From assembly GCA_963707985.1 (NCBI GenBank), contig CAVPRW010000013.1, positions 64,186 through 128,185 on the forward strand: a DNA stretch of 64,000 nt, given 5' to 3'. The DNA is from an uncultured Nitrospinota bacterium (lineage in GTDB: Bacteria > Tectomicrobia > Entotheonellia > J063 > CAVPRW01). Position numbers and translations under genes: made by a program. Below are positions 11,360-21,800 of the stretch, piece after piece; the first letter of the stretch is position 1, and each line of letters opens with the position of its first letter. Below the pieces are notes generated by a model. It was not told the DNA's origin, did not search any database, and worked only from the letters and a program-made list of their open reading frames with translations.

Positions 11360-11668
11360 CTATTCCACATCCCGCGTGGCCTCGCGATGCTGCTCGAGGT
11401 CATCAAAGAGGGCGTCCCATGTGGGGTCGGCCTTGGCCTCACCGAACCACTCCCAGGGCACGCCGCGAGGCTGTGCGATCACCCGAGGCTGCTGGGGGAT
11501 GTCAATCTGGACGATCTTACTGCGGCTCATCAGCTGTGCAATCGCCTCACGCGCCAGCCGAATGGCGTCGTCGCGCGTGGCGGCTTCAATCGTGCCCGCT
11601 GGGAGGGCCGGGATCGTCACCTGGATACCGCCAGCAGTCTTTTCGGTGAGAATCAGCCTGTATTGCAT
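11360..11668 (-). CDS. HicB-like antitoxin
   Basis: YRLILTEKTAGGIQVTIPALPAGTIEAATRDDAIRLAREAI matches the HicB N-terminal fold pattern. Confidence 0.75.
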   Translation of the reverse strand: MQYRLILTEKTAGGIQVTIPALPAGTIEAATRDDAIRLAREAIAQLMSRSKIVQIDIPQQPRVIAQPRGVPWEWFGEAKADPTWDALFDDLEQHREATRDVE

Positions 11669-11697
11669 CGCCCTTTCTCCTCAGCGTATCGAAGTCG

Positions 11698-12360
11698 TGT
11701 GCTTCGCGACAAACGTGCGGCCCCATCAGGCCACCTTCATGTCCAGCCGGTATTCATGGTGCAAGCCGTCCAGGATTGAGCGGGCCACCACAGGTAGATG
11801 CGGTGGAAGCCGGTACCGGTGGGCTTGTCGCGGTACTGGTGAGTGTGGGGGCGGTTGCGGCATCCCTGGACCTAACGCCATGTGCGGGCGGCCTGCGTTG
11901 TAATGGCATACCCAAGCACGCAGGAGGCGGCGCAAGTGGTTCTCGGTGAGTGGGATCAGAAAGTCCAGACACTCCCGCCGGAGTGTCCCCAGGAGCCGCC
12001 ATCCGAGTCGCCTGCGTGGGACGATGTGGCTTGACCTGGCATTCCTAATACAGGGCCAGCTGTTTGCGCAGAAAGAGATTTTCTGCGGCGAGTGTGGGGC
12101 TGGGGCGCAGGCAGAGGAAGAGGAAGCGCAGGCCATCGCACAGAAGCGTCAGTAGCGTATAGATGAGCGGTATGAAGGTTCGGAGCCGGTGCGTAAACGG
12201 TGTCATCGCCAAGGTGTTCCCCTGAGATAAAGGTTGTTATCCCTGGCTATTATCCCTGCTCGGACGTCTCTCGTCTAGTGCTGTTTCGCGCCCAGTTCCG
12301 TGCGGGCTGGCCGCACGCCATCCCGCTGACGACATAGAGATGTAATAATTGCGGAGCACA
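11698..12360 (-). mobile_element. Internally deleted IS481-like (rve integrase) element
   Basis: ORF 11726-12136 joins the transposase N-terminus to the integrase tail (GTLRRECLDFLIP, HYNAGRPHMALG, LDGLHHEYRL); imperfect TGT...ACA ends TGTGCTTCGCGA (11698) and TTGCGGAGCACA (ending 12360). Confidence 0.75.
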
Positions 12361-12590
12361 GGGGCGTCCTGAGGATGGACAACTGGAGAGGGAGAGAGCA
12401 GGTCACCGTGAGGCCCCTAAACCAAACTTATGTTACCCCGCAAATGGTCTTGACAATGGGGTACACCTCATTATGTTGGGGTCAGTAGGATGTTAGGCGG
12501 CGCGATGCTGCGGCCTAACATGCGTCACATTTGGTTTGAGCAGGATACGGCAGGATGCTAGAATGCAGGCTCTTTTAAGAGATGGCTCCC

Positions 12591-12666
12591 TTCTAATGGC
12601 TTGGCGCTAGACTGGCGCACTTGCAGGGTTTCACGACTCCATTCGGCAGTCTAATCAGCGTTAGGC
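12591..12666 (+). other. attC-like imperfect hairpin
   Basis: TTCTAAT...TAGACTG (12608-12614) / CAGTCTA (12647-12653)...GTTAGGC (12660-12666). Confidence 0.35.
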
Positions 12667-12697
12667 AGCGACGCGGCAACTGAATAGGAGATGGAAC

Positions 12698-14080
12698 ATG
12701 CAAACCTGTGCACGAAAGCAGAATCAACCGCAAAAGCCAGTCTCCTCCAACCTTGCTCGGTCTCACACGGCAATATCAAGGCTCAATCATCGCGCAGATC
12801 TTAGGCTGCACTTGCAACGCACGATTGGGAATCAAGCCGTGCAACGGATGTTGCAGACTCATGTTGAAGAACTCAATGCCGGATTGACCGGTACGGCATC
12901 ACCTCACTTTGGGCACGATTTTAGCCGGATTCCCATACATCCTCCTGCAGCAGGAGCGATACAAGCGAAATTAGCGATCAACAAGCCGGGAGACGAATAT
13001 GAGCAGGAGGCAGACCGCGTCGCTGAGCGGGTGATGTGGCTGCCTGAGCCGGGACTCCAGCGTGTTTGCGCCTGCGGGGGAGACTGCCCCACGTGTCAGA
13101 CAGAGCAATCGGGCCAAGAACATGAGCACGTGCAGACTATGCGAGCCGGGTCAAGCGACTTGGGACAGACCTCAGTACCGTCCATCGTCCACGAAGCATT
13201 GCGCTCACCCGGTCAATCTCTCGACCCAACGCTCCGTGCTTTCATGGAATCACGCTTCGGTCGTGATTTTAGTGGAGTGCGGGTCCACTCGGACGCGCGG
13301 GCGGCAGAGTCGGCACAAGCGGTGAATGCGTCGGCCTACACAGTCGGGCAAGACATCGTGTTTGGCGCGGGGCAATATAGACTGGGGATGGTAGCGGGCA
13401 AGCGACTGCTGGCGCACGAACTGACCCACGTCGTGCAACAGACAAGTCCCGCCGTGAAGGTGAATGCCGCCTCGGCCTCCCTCGAAGAGCGTACCTCACG
13501 GGCACGGCGAGATAGCACCGGCCGCGACGCTGCCGGACTGCCCCCGAATGCCGAACGCCAGACGGCGACGGTCTCTCCCGCACCCACAACACTTCAGCGA
13601 ACCGTCAATAAAGACTTTCCGGAAGCGCCACTCAAACCGACTCCGGAAGCACCACTCACGCCGACTTCCAAGTGTCCAGATGGATTCACGCTGAAGCATC
13701 GGGCAACCTGGTTACGCTGTGACGAGACGAGTGGGACGCGAAGGTCAGGCTGTGCATTTTGTAATAACGGGGAGCAAGAATCGAATTGCGCAGAGATTTT
13801 GAAATTGCTCGGCAACTATCGAGTCATTGCTCCCATTGAGGGAAGATGCGGAAGTAAGTTTCAGATTACGACCCCCCAGCCGGGTGCGCCCGTCATTGAT
13901 GTGGTCAAGGCAGAAATACCCGGCGGCGACACACAGTTGGATATCAATCAAGGCGTGATCACGGAGCTTGGCCTGGATGTGAAGACGGGCCGTTACGATG
14001 TCTGTCTCAAAGGCCCCACAGGCCACGACGATAGACTGGTCATATCTGGCGGCTCGGCGTGCCAAAAACCAAAGAAGTAG
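12698..14080 (+). CDS. DUF4157 (eCIS-core) domain protein with Cys-rich C-terminal domain
   Basis: LQRTIGNQAVQR, KLAINKPGDEYEQEADRVAE, RFGRDFSGVRVH, AYTVGQDIVFG, LLAHELTHVVQQ (HExxH); AGGAG RBS. Confidence 0.92.
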   Translation: MQTCARKQNQPQKPVSSNLARSHTAISRLNHRADLRLHLQRTIGNQAVQRMLQTHVEELNAGLTGTASPHFGHDFSRIPIHPPAAGAIQAKLAINKPGDEYEQEADRVAERVMWLPEPGLQRVCACGGDCPTCQTEQSGQEHEHVQTMRAGSSDLGQTSVPSIVHEALRSPGQSLDPTLRAFMESRFGRDFSGVRVHSDARAAESAQAVNASAYTVGQDIVFGAGQYRLGMVAGKRLLAHELTHVVQQTSPAVKVNAASASLEERTSRARRDSTGRDAAGLPPNAERQTATVSPAPTTLQRTVNKDFPEAPLKPTPEAPLTPTSKCPDGFTLKHRATWLRCDETSGTRRSGCAFCNNGEQESNCAEILKLLGNYRVIAPIEGRCGSKFQITTPQPGAPVIDVVKAEIPGGDTQLDINQGVITELGLDVKTGRYDVCLKGPTGHDDRLVISGGSACQKPKK

Positions 14081-14167
14081 CCGGAGAAAACGAGGACGGA
14101 GACTGGGAAAAAGTGGCGTTGTCAACTTATCGTCCGTTGACGGAATGGTTCGGCTAAAAAGTGCATG

Positions 14168-15006
14168 GGTTCTGTTGCAAGAATGGCTGGTGATCTGCTC
14201 CAACGGGCCATACGATGTGACCCCCAATCACCGGAGACCGGCCCTGAGTGATCCTTCCCTGCTCAAAGGGCGCCACTTTGAAGCCGACATCATTCGCTGT
14301 GCGGTGCGGTGGTACCTGCGGTATGCCTTGAGCTATCGTGATATGGAAGAACTCCTGCGGGAACGAGGCATCTTTGTCGATCATACAACCGTATTTCGCT
14401 GGGTCCAACGCGATGCGCCAGAGCTGGACCGACGGTGTCGACCGCAGCTCAACGCGACGAATGATTCGTCTCGTGTGGACGAGACGTACATCCGGATCAG
14501 GAAGCCATGGTACTACCTCTACCGGGCCGTGGACTCCACGGGCGCCACGCTGGACTTCATGCTGATTCCCACGCGCGATGCGGAGGCGGCTGGGCGCTTC
14601 TTCCGCCAGGTGCTCCACGCCTCACATGCGCTCACGCCTCGAGTGATCACCGTCGACAAGAACGCCGCCTATCCACTCGCCTTCGAGAGCCTTCAGCAGG
14701 AGAAGATGCTCCCGGAGACCTGTCAGCGCAGACAATGCAAGTACTTGAATAACATCGCGGAACAGGATCATTGGTGTGTGAAACGCCGCGTGAATCCGGG
14801 GTTGGGGTGTGGGGCGTTTGCCACGGCACAGCGAACGATTCAGGGCTATGAAGCCATGCACAGGCTCCGCAAAGGCCAGATCGAGGGGATGGTCAAGGGG
14901 GATGTTCTCGCCCAGAACCGCGTCATCAACCAGCGGTTCGAGTTGGCCGCATAACGAGCGCTCGCCCGCCTCTCCTCACACTCTTACCTGTTTTTGCAAC
15001 ACAACC
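14168..15006 (+). mobile_element. IS6-family element with degenerate transposase (about 14244-14954)
   Basis: TIRs GGTTCTGTTGCAA (14168-14180) and TTGCAACACAACC (14994-15006), 12/13 match; VRWYLRYALSYRD, RVDETY, ITVDKN, YLNNIAEQDH; CTG where the start codon is expected. Confidence 0.92.
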
Positions 15007-15517
15007 CAGATATCTGTCAGACGTTACGGATCTCACGGGGCGGGGCCATACCACTCGTGTCGTCGGGGATCACCCGTTACTCTTTGTCACGGTTCCCCTG
15101 GAGGAAGCAGCACAGGGGAATACGTAGGGCTTGAGCAAACCTCGCCAACGTGTCCGATGTCCCCGCAGTCGTGTGCGACATGCCGGAGGGCCAGTCAGGT
15201 CGGCTTCCATGCGCATAGGAGTCAAAGATGTTGTGACGGGGTTTGCCACGGAGGAGTGAGCGGAGAGATCAGGGCATCACAGGGCGGGATACGCCGCGCC
15301 CAAAATTTCTCCGTTTCACCGAAAAAGCCAAGTCGGCAAATCTTCCACTCCCGCGCGAGCGTTTAAGAAGTTTACGAATACTCCCGCGCGTGTTCCCTGA
15401 CCTGGAAGAGATGGAAAAACACCCCTGCGGCATAGCCCCCCAGATCTGTATGCTCTCGAGGTCCTCGGGATTGGTCCTCGGCGGGATGCGGCCAATTAGG
15501 TTTCAAAAGGAGTCCCC

Positions 15518-15953
15518 ATGAACAATAAACCAGAGCATGACGCCCCTCTGAGGGTCTTGGCTTCGCTCCTGAGCAGTGCCGCCCCTGCAGGGTATCGCTT
15601 GACGGTGGAAGTAGAGAACGTCAGGAACGCGCAGGGCGTCGTCGGCGTGCTGGTGTTCAATACGGCGCAGGGCTGGCCGGAGCAATTTTCAGCGGCGCTG
15701 CGGGCACAAAGCGACAGCCGCCCACCCAGGGGTGGTGGAAATTACCATCCCGGATCTGCCAGCGGGCGATTACGCCGTGGTGGCGCTGCATGATGAAAAC
15801 ACCAACCAGCAGCTGGACCGCAACTGGCTGGGCGTCCCGGTGGAGCAGTGGGGGATGTCCAACAATCCACCCTACTGGTTTGCGGCACCTTCGTTTGAGG
15901 CGGCGCGATTCCGGTTGGAGCAGGATCTACGCATCTGGGTCATGCTGCATTAG
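15518..15953 (+). pseudogene. DUF2141 family protein, frameshifted near 15715
   Basis: LTVEVENVRNAQGVVGVLVFN in one frame, LPAGDYAVVALHDENTNQQLDRNWLGVPVEQWGMSNNP in the next. Confidence 0.8.
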
Positions 15954-16787
15954 CGACGGGCAGCTGCCTCGGCCTGAGCCGTGAAGAGGTTTGGCTGGAA
16001 CGGGCTTCGGCCTGCACCACGCCATGGACTGACATGATCAGAGCGGTGCCGCCCCGTGGAATCTTGGGTTCAGCGTCGATCGTGTGAGATGGGCTCTTAC
16101 GCACTTTTGGTGATTCCGGTTCACGGAAGCAACATTGCCACGAGCGAGGAGCGGATGGCGGCCACGCCTGCTGGGCGAGGTCGCGCGCGATGTCAAAGGC
16201 GCGAGCATATCGCTCATTGCCGTAGCAGCGGTCATTGGCCGCGATCCCGTCGAAGCCCATCCCCTCACCTTCCAAGACATGGCCTGCATACGGAACGGAG
16301 AAATACTTGAGGATCGGGTCACCTCCGTCTCAAACCTGATCCGGTCGATGACACCCTAGTGTTGCACCTGATTGAGCTTGCGTTCAAAGCCCCACAGGTC
16401 GGAATGCGTAGAATTGGGCATTCGTGCTGGTGAAGGACGGGGTAGTGAAAGCCCGGTTCGCCTGTTTATACCGCATGGCCTGGAAGCGTATATGGCCATA
16501 TCGGCCGACGCCTGACGGCTCGCGACCCGAAGATGTCACGGCAGTGCGATGCGGTGCAGTGCAGTGGCCGGTGGAGCCTGTCGACGCGATCTCCGTGCTG
16601 GTGATGGCCGCCTACACGACCTCCGGCCCGTCTGGTCCTGTCGGGAGCGAGATGATCTCCAGAGAAGTTTCCGGCAGGCCGCCATATGCAGCGATAGCCC
16701 CCGGAATCGTGAGTGCCCCACATTTGATTGGGAGACACCGCTGCCGCTTCTGTGGCGATTGGACGGCCTCCCATCGCCTGAGCATTG

Positions 16788-17987
16788 TCACGCAAGCATG
16801 CCCGCGGCTTCGATATCCCTGGTGAGATCGACTTCTCGCGCATGTTGCTGTGGAGTATCCGTGAAGGCAATCGCTGCGAGTTCTCTCTCGGCTGCAGCGA
16901 TAATGCGTTGTACCCCTGCTTGACCGATTAGCCCGACTTTGAAGGCCTCGACTGCAGCTCCGACGTATGTGTCGAAAAAGATGACCCCTTTGCTGCGCCA
17001 GTGGTCTCGCTCCTCTACCGACGTCCCAAGCACGTCGTGTATGAAGATCCCTCGGACCCCGCCTGGAAATGCCGCCCAGATCCGTTCTCCGAAGAGTGCA
17101 TCCCCTTGACCACTGTCACCGATAAACACAAAGCCGTATTCTGGAAAGAGTTCTTGATACTGGACAAAATTGTCATACTTTTTCGCCGCGATGCTTGCAT
17201 TTCCCACCAGGTGGCCGAAGCCCCCGGAGAGGACCGTGAAGTCCGTGGTGATCCCCTTTTGACGAAGAGCGTTCTTGGTGTATGCCTCAATACTCCCACT
17301 CCGGACCGTCGGCCGAGCCGTGAGAAACGCCAGATGGCCCAGATGGCTGAGGTCAGCGTTAGGTCCGCGCATGAGTTCCGTGTAATACTGGATGACGCCT
17401 GGATAGGTGGGGGTGGTCCTTCGAGGATAGCGGGGGTCTCTGAAGTTCGGGTAGAAGGTATCATCGATGTCGCTCAGCACTTTAATGGCCGCAAGAGCGT
17501 TCGTTTTGCCTTCCTTGGCGATATGTGCGCATATGGTGCAGCGAATCCCAACATCGTCGATATCCGTAAAGAGCAACTGCTGGAGATCCCGATAATCAGG
17601 GCCGGCATCGATGGCGTTCTTGAGGGCGGTCAGCGTTGAACCGTGTGTGCCGAGGAAGATGTCGCGGATGGCTTGTTCAGCCTGACGGCCCGTCTGTCCT
17701 TGCTGCCACGCGTTGACGAGGGCCACGCGAGCGTTCACACGCAACTCGGCCAGACGGTCGACGATCAGGAGGGTGTACAGCCTGGTCCGGTTCTTCTCAC
17801 CAGTGAGGTGATCATCAACGGCCCTGAACAGATGGCTGACGTCGAGTGTCTCCAGCAATTCGTTCAGCTGATTCGCATCAGCTTTTCCAAAGATGCTCAG
17901 GATGGAGGCTTCCTCGTGGCGATCGGTGCGACCATCCAGCCATGTTGTGATGTCGTCAATCCATTGTGCAATCGTGCTGTCCATCAA
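16788..17987 (-). CDS. App1-family phosphatidate phosphatase (HAD-like) with helical N-terminal domain
   Basis: VLSDIDDT, YPGV, FLTARP, FVFIGDSGQGD, IFIHDV motifs. Confidence 0.85.
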   Translation of the reverse strand: MMDSTIAQWIDDITTWLDGRTDRHEEASILSIFGKADANQLNELLETLDVSHLFRAVDDHLTGEKNRTRLYTLLIVDRLAELRVNARVALVNAWQQGQTGRQAEQAIRDIFLGTHGSTLTALKNAIDAGPDYRDLQQLLFTDIDDVGIRCTICAHIAKEGKTNALAAIKVLSDIDDTFYPNFRDPRYPRRTTPTYPGVIQYYTELMRGPNADLSHLGHLAFLTARPTVRSGSIEAYTKNALRQKGITTDFTVLSGGFGHLVGNASIAAKKYDNFVQYQELFPEYGFVFIGDSGQGDALFGERIWAAFPGGVRGIFIHDVLGTSVEERDHWRSKGVIFFDTYVGAAVEAFKVGLIGQAGVQRIIAAAERELAAIAFTDTPQQHAREVDLTRDIEAAGMLA

Positions 17988-17999
17988 GTGTTCCTTCTT

Positions 18000-18838
18000 T
18001 TATACGGCGAGGTTTTCCGAATAATACACAATGGCATGATCATAGAGTGGATCCGTCTTTCCATCCAAGTCGCGAATGGTGACCACATGGCCATGGTGAC
18101 CATAACCAAAAGGGAATTCGGGGGGCACCTTGGTGACGGGGTCAGCCCCGTTCACATAGCGCGTATGACTTTTCGCTTTGAACACCAGATCGACATGACG
18201 TCCGACTCTCGGCTCCCCAAAGGTGACCACCTCTTCGAACGGATACCGCATGCCAGCCAGTGTTGCCATGGCTCCACCAAGGCTATGGCCAGTCACCCAT
18301 ACGGGAATCCCGACAGTATGTCGCTCCAGGTCAGGCACAATCTGCGTCTGCCAAAGCTTATCGATCTCTCGCAGAAACCCGAGGTGAACCTCCACGTGCT
18401 CATGCCCGTCGAAAGGCATCTTGTTGAATTGTAAATCCGCCAGGACATCGTCGTTACTGAAGAAGGCCAGTAAAGGTGAGTCACGTTCGAGTCCGAGAAA
18501 GGTCTTGATCCTTTCGAGAACACTCTCTTCCCTATCCGTCAGCCTTCCTGGTGTCCCTTCGTGCAGTTGCGTCCCTCGAAACGACAAAACTGCCCTGTCC
18601 GGCCACACGGCGAGAAACGCCTGTGCCCCCGCCTCATCATAGACACGAGTCGTCATTGCTCCGAAAGTCACCATCAAGTCGGTGATCTCCGCGTCATCGA
18701 GATAGGCTGTGTGCGCCATGTTCGACAGTACCCAGTGCCGGTTCGTCCGCCATTGACGGTCATAATCATGTGTATTGAATACCAGGGGAAATGGCTTAAA
18801 TTTATGGGGGAAAAAACAGCGTCGAGCGACTTGCGCAT
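18000..18838 (-). CDS. Class 3 lipase (one 5' frameshift near a G5A6 run)
   Basis: LSFRGT, VHLGF, VTGHSLGGAMA, TFGEPRVG, ADPVTKVP, DH; AAGGAG RBS + ATG at 18838 is one base out of frame with ORF 18000-18719. Confidence 0.88.
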
Positions 18839-18988
18839 CTGGTTTTTCTCCTTTGACAAGAGAGCCCTCTTCTCAGGTGTTTCGACCACAGTGCATCACC
18901 ACGGGCCTATCGAAGGCGAGGGAGCCTTAGTCCCAGGTGTAGACCTCGGGGCACCAAGCCGGACGTGCGTCCCACGAGGTCGCGTGCG

Positions 18989-20083
18989 CTATTCCCGTGC
19001 GCTCACCTGCGCGCTAGTCACCTCTTCCTGCCCACGGAACCCCTGTATGTCGCACTTCAGATCCTGGAGTACGGCGGCGAGGTGAATGGGACTCATCCAC
19101 GGTTTCATGACGCGGTACCGCATCGCACCACCATCCTTGAGGCCGTCGAACACAATGAGGACCTCATACGCCTTATCGTTCTCCTCCAGCACGGTCACTC
19201 CCTCGGCTTTGGCCTCTCCCTCGGTTGCAATCTTTCCCAGCAACTCGAGCCTCCCAAGCAGTTCGCCTGGACGACGTTGGCCTGGAAGACAATCATGCCC
19301 GTCCCAGAAGTAGAGTTGGTAGGACCCAGGACCATCACCCACCGGTCCTGCCAGGATCAACAACCCATTCCGGGCTGGTGCGAGGTCTCGGATGCCCAGG
19401 CCTCCCAAGTTTACGAACAGCAGGCTCGCGTCGGAGACAGGGTTACCGAACCTGGCGCGCAACACTGGAACGTAATTGTCCCGCAGCACGGGCCCTCGGA
19501 ACCCGATGTAGAGGCGACCGTCACGCACCGCGATCCCTTCGATGTCCACGCCGTTCTCCTTGCTGGGCACACGCGTGAACGCTTGGAGCACGGGATCCTG
19601 TTCAATCACCGGCATGAGACTCGTGACCTCGAGCGCCGACACCTCTCCATGGCCGTCGAGTCGGAACCGGTAGAGCCGCTCGCGGCTCTCGTCGCGCTCA
19701 ACCACGAGGAGCCGCTGGCGGTTTTCTTGAGCGGTGCGCTGGTCATCGACCGTCTTGCGCACCCGGGAGTGGGAGCCAACGACATAGACGAGATCCCCTT
19801 CGGCAGCGATCCCTTCGATGTCGATCTCCTTGGCATGTCCGTCTAAAATGACATCTTGCGGCAGGACCGTATACCGATCCCCATCAGGCTTCAGAATCTG
19901 CACCGTGTTGCCCTCGTCCGAACCGACGACGAGATATCCCTTGACAACGGTGATGGCACTCACATTCTTGGCCTTGTGAATGTCCCCCTTGAACTCCACG
20001 TGTCCAAGGCGCTCGACCTCACCGCTGCGTCCAACTGGGCTGAGCACGAGTACCAAAGCGAAGGATAGCAGAAGTACGTTCAT
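18989..20083 (-). CDS. DUF3616 family secreted protein
   Basis: Signal-like MNVLLLSFALVLVLSP; EIDIEGIA, VVGSHS, PSKENGVDIEGIA, IGFRGPVLR, LGGLGIRDL, LILAGP. Confidence 0.85.
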   Translation of the reverse strand: MNVLLLSFALVLVLSPVGRSGEVERLGHVEFKGDIHKAKNVSAITVVKGYLVVGSDEGNTVQILKPDGDRYTVLPQDVILDGHAKEIDIEGIAAEGDLVYVVGSHSRVRKTVDDQRTAQENRQRLLVVERDESRERLYRFRLDGHGEVSALEVTSLMPVIEQDPVLQAFTRVPSKENGVDIEGIAVRDGRLYIGFRGPVLRDNYVPVLRARFGNPVSDASLLFVNLGGLGIRDLAPARNGLLILAGPVGDGPGSYQLYFWDGHDCLPGQRRPGELLGRLELLGKIATEGEAKAEGVTVLEENDKAYEVLIVFDGLKDGGAMRYRVMKPWMSPIHLAAVLQDLKCDIQGFRGQEEVTSAQVSARE

Positions 20084-20616
20084 CGATTTCTCCCGGGGAA
20101 CAACTATCAGTGTTAGCCACACTCTGACTATTTCGAAGGACGCATCATGCCATGATCTCCAGCCCTCGCCAGCTACGGCAGGGGCCGTGATTCCAGCACC
20201 TGAATCTTGAGCGTTAGTTCACGATTCTCAATCACCTTCTTCCGTGTCACTGCAGCCGTTTGGCCTGAGAGTGTGGGCAAGAGTGATGCCGTGAGAAGGC
20301 AATGCTGCGGAATGAATGATGATCCAGGTGCAGGTCAGTAAGAGCACGACAGCCTTATAGCAATGCTGGTGGTTAGGGTTAACCATATAGGCCAAGATCC
20401 TTCAGACTTGCTGACGGCCATGGCATGCCGCGCAAGCAGGTCAGGGGTCTGTGCAGTCCTGCACGACGATGCGCAGATCCACATGGTGAAGGGAGGACCG
20501 CCCCATGTCACCAAGGGCGGTAGGGGTCAAAGCGCGGCGACTGACACAGAAGTGCAGCCCAGGGGCGAGGCTGAAGAGCCTCCTCATCCCGTGCCCGATT
20601 GGCACCAGACCGATGG

Positions 20617-20841
20617 TCAGGGATCGAACGTCCATTGATCCGCTCGAAGAAGCCACTCGAAGCGGGTTTTCCGATCGAGCAGGCCCGAGATCCTGAACCC
20701 GTAGCAGACTTGAAAGGCGTGAACCGCTGCCTATGCCTGGGTGGTATACAGGCCATCGACGGGTCTTGGGTCATACCCGAAGTCTCGCGCATGAGCCTCG
20801 GCGATGGAGATCTCGCTGGCATTCAGTATCCAGTCCAGCAT
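20617..20841 (-). pseudogene. Peptidoglycan-binding domain (PG_binding_1) remnant
   Basis: DFGYDPRPVDGLYTTQA*AAVHAFQVCYGFRISGLLDRKTR with internal TAG at 20731. Confidence 0.65.
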
Positions 20842-21247
20842 GGGACGTTCAGCCCCCGAGAAGTCCCTGCTCAGGACAGGGGTGACCGGGGGACAGTCCC
20901 CCTTCCTGTGACCAGCCGTCGTGTCGCGCTCGCCTGCAAGTGCCGAGACTGCGGGACCGACGCCTAGCGAGTCCCTCCTGGTCAGGCCCTTGTGACGCCG
21001 GTGGGTCCATTCGGCAGCATTACGCCGGGTCATGTCGCTGAGCACGTTTCGCATGTGCGCCTCCACGCGGCAGCAGGACGGACGGCGGTGCAACTAGGGG
21101 ACACGACGATGGACAGAAAGGCCGCGTACCTGCGTCTCCATGGATCGTGGTAGCAATTCCCCTGCAGCGGCGTGATACTATGCACCTATTAAAGTCCGGC
21201 GGTGGCCCTCTGCCGTCCAGGCCGGCGACCGGCTCAGGAGTATCGCC

Positions 21248-21718
21248 ATGCACATCTGGGTAGATGCCGACGCGTGTCCCCACGCCATCAAAGACCTACT
21301 GTATCGTGCGGCTAACCGGTTGCAAATCGCCTTGACGCTGGTGGCCAATCAACCACTGCGCGCCCCCACGTCGCCGTATGTTCACGTACTCCGCGTTCCC
21401 GCGGGATTCGATGTGGCCGACCACACGATCGTCCAGCACGTCCGTGCGGGCGACCTAGTCGTGACCGCAGACATCCCGCTGGCCGCCCAGGTGGTGGCCA
21501 AAGGCGCCCACGCGCTGAATCCCCGAGGGCAGGCATATACCCCGGAGAATATCCACGAACACCTGACAATGCGCCATGTCATGGATGAGCTGCGCCAGAG
21601 CGGTGTGGAGACGGGTGGTCCGTCCCCCTTCCGCCCGCGGGACCGTCAAGCGTTTGCGAATCAATTGGATCGGTTATTGACACAAGCCGGTAACACAGGA
21701 GCGGACGCCACAGGGTGA
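21248..21718 (+). CDS. yaiI: YaiI/YqxD (DUF188) family protein
   Basis: [36 protein letters not shown]. Confidence 0.92.
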   Translation: MHIWVDADACPHAIKDLLYRAANRLQIALTLVANQPLRAPTSPYVHVLRVPAGFDVADHTIVQHVRAGDLVVTADIPLAAQVVAKGAHALNPRGQAYTPENIHEHLTMRHVMDELRQSGVETGGPSPFRPRDRQAFANQLDRLLTQAGNTGADATG

Positions 21719-21769
21719 GCGCCGAACGCACGGCGCACCGCTGCCGAAGATCAGACCGTGGCGGGGGAG

Positions 21770-21799
21770 GCGCTGGCGGTGTCCAGACACCGCCAGCGC
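21770..21799. terminator. Perfect inverted repeat between convergent genes
   Basis: GCGCTGGCGGTGTC-CA-GACACCGCCAGCGC. Confidence 0.7.
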
Positions 21800-21800
21800 G

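Noticed and set aside
13620..13665. Tandem CCGGAAGC(G/A)CCACTCA repeat
   Set aside because: Encodes a Pro-rich linker inside the DUF4157 protein, not a separate element
13998..14243. N-terminal extension of the IS6 ORF
   Set aside because: Begins outside the left TIR and overlaps the DUF4157 gene; chance open frame
15347..15390. Direct repeat ACTCCCGCGCG x2, 33 nt apart
   Set aside because: Only two short copies; not a CRISPR array and no supporting context
15960..16780. Possible degraded minus-strand gene
   Set aside because: Some coding-like stretches but no family I can recognise
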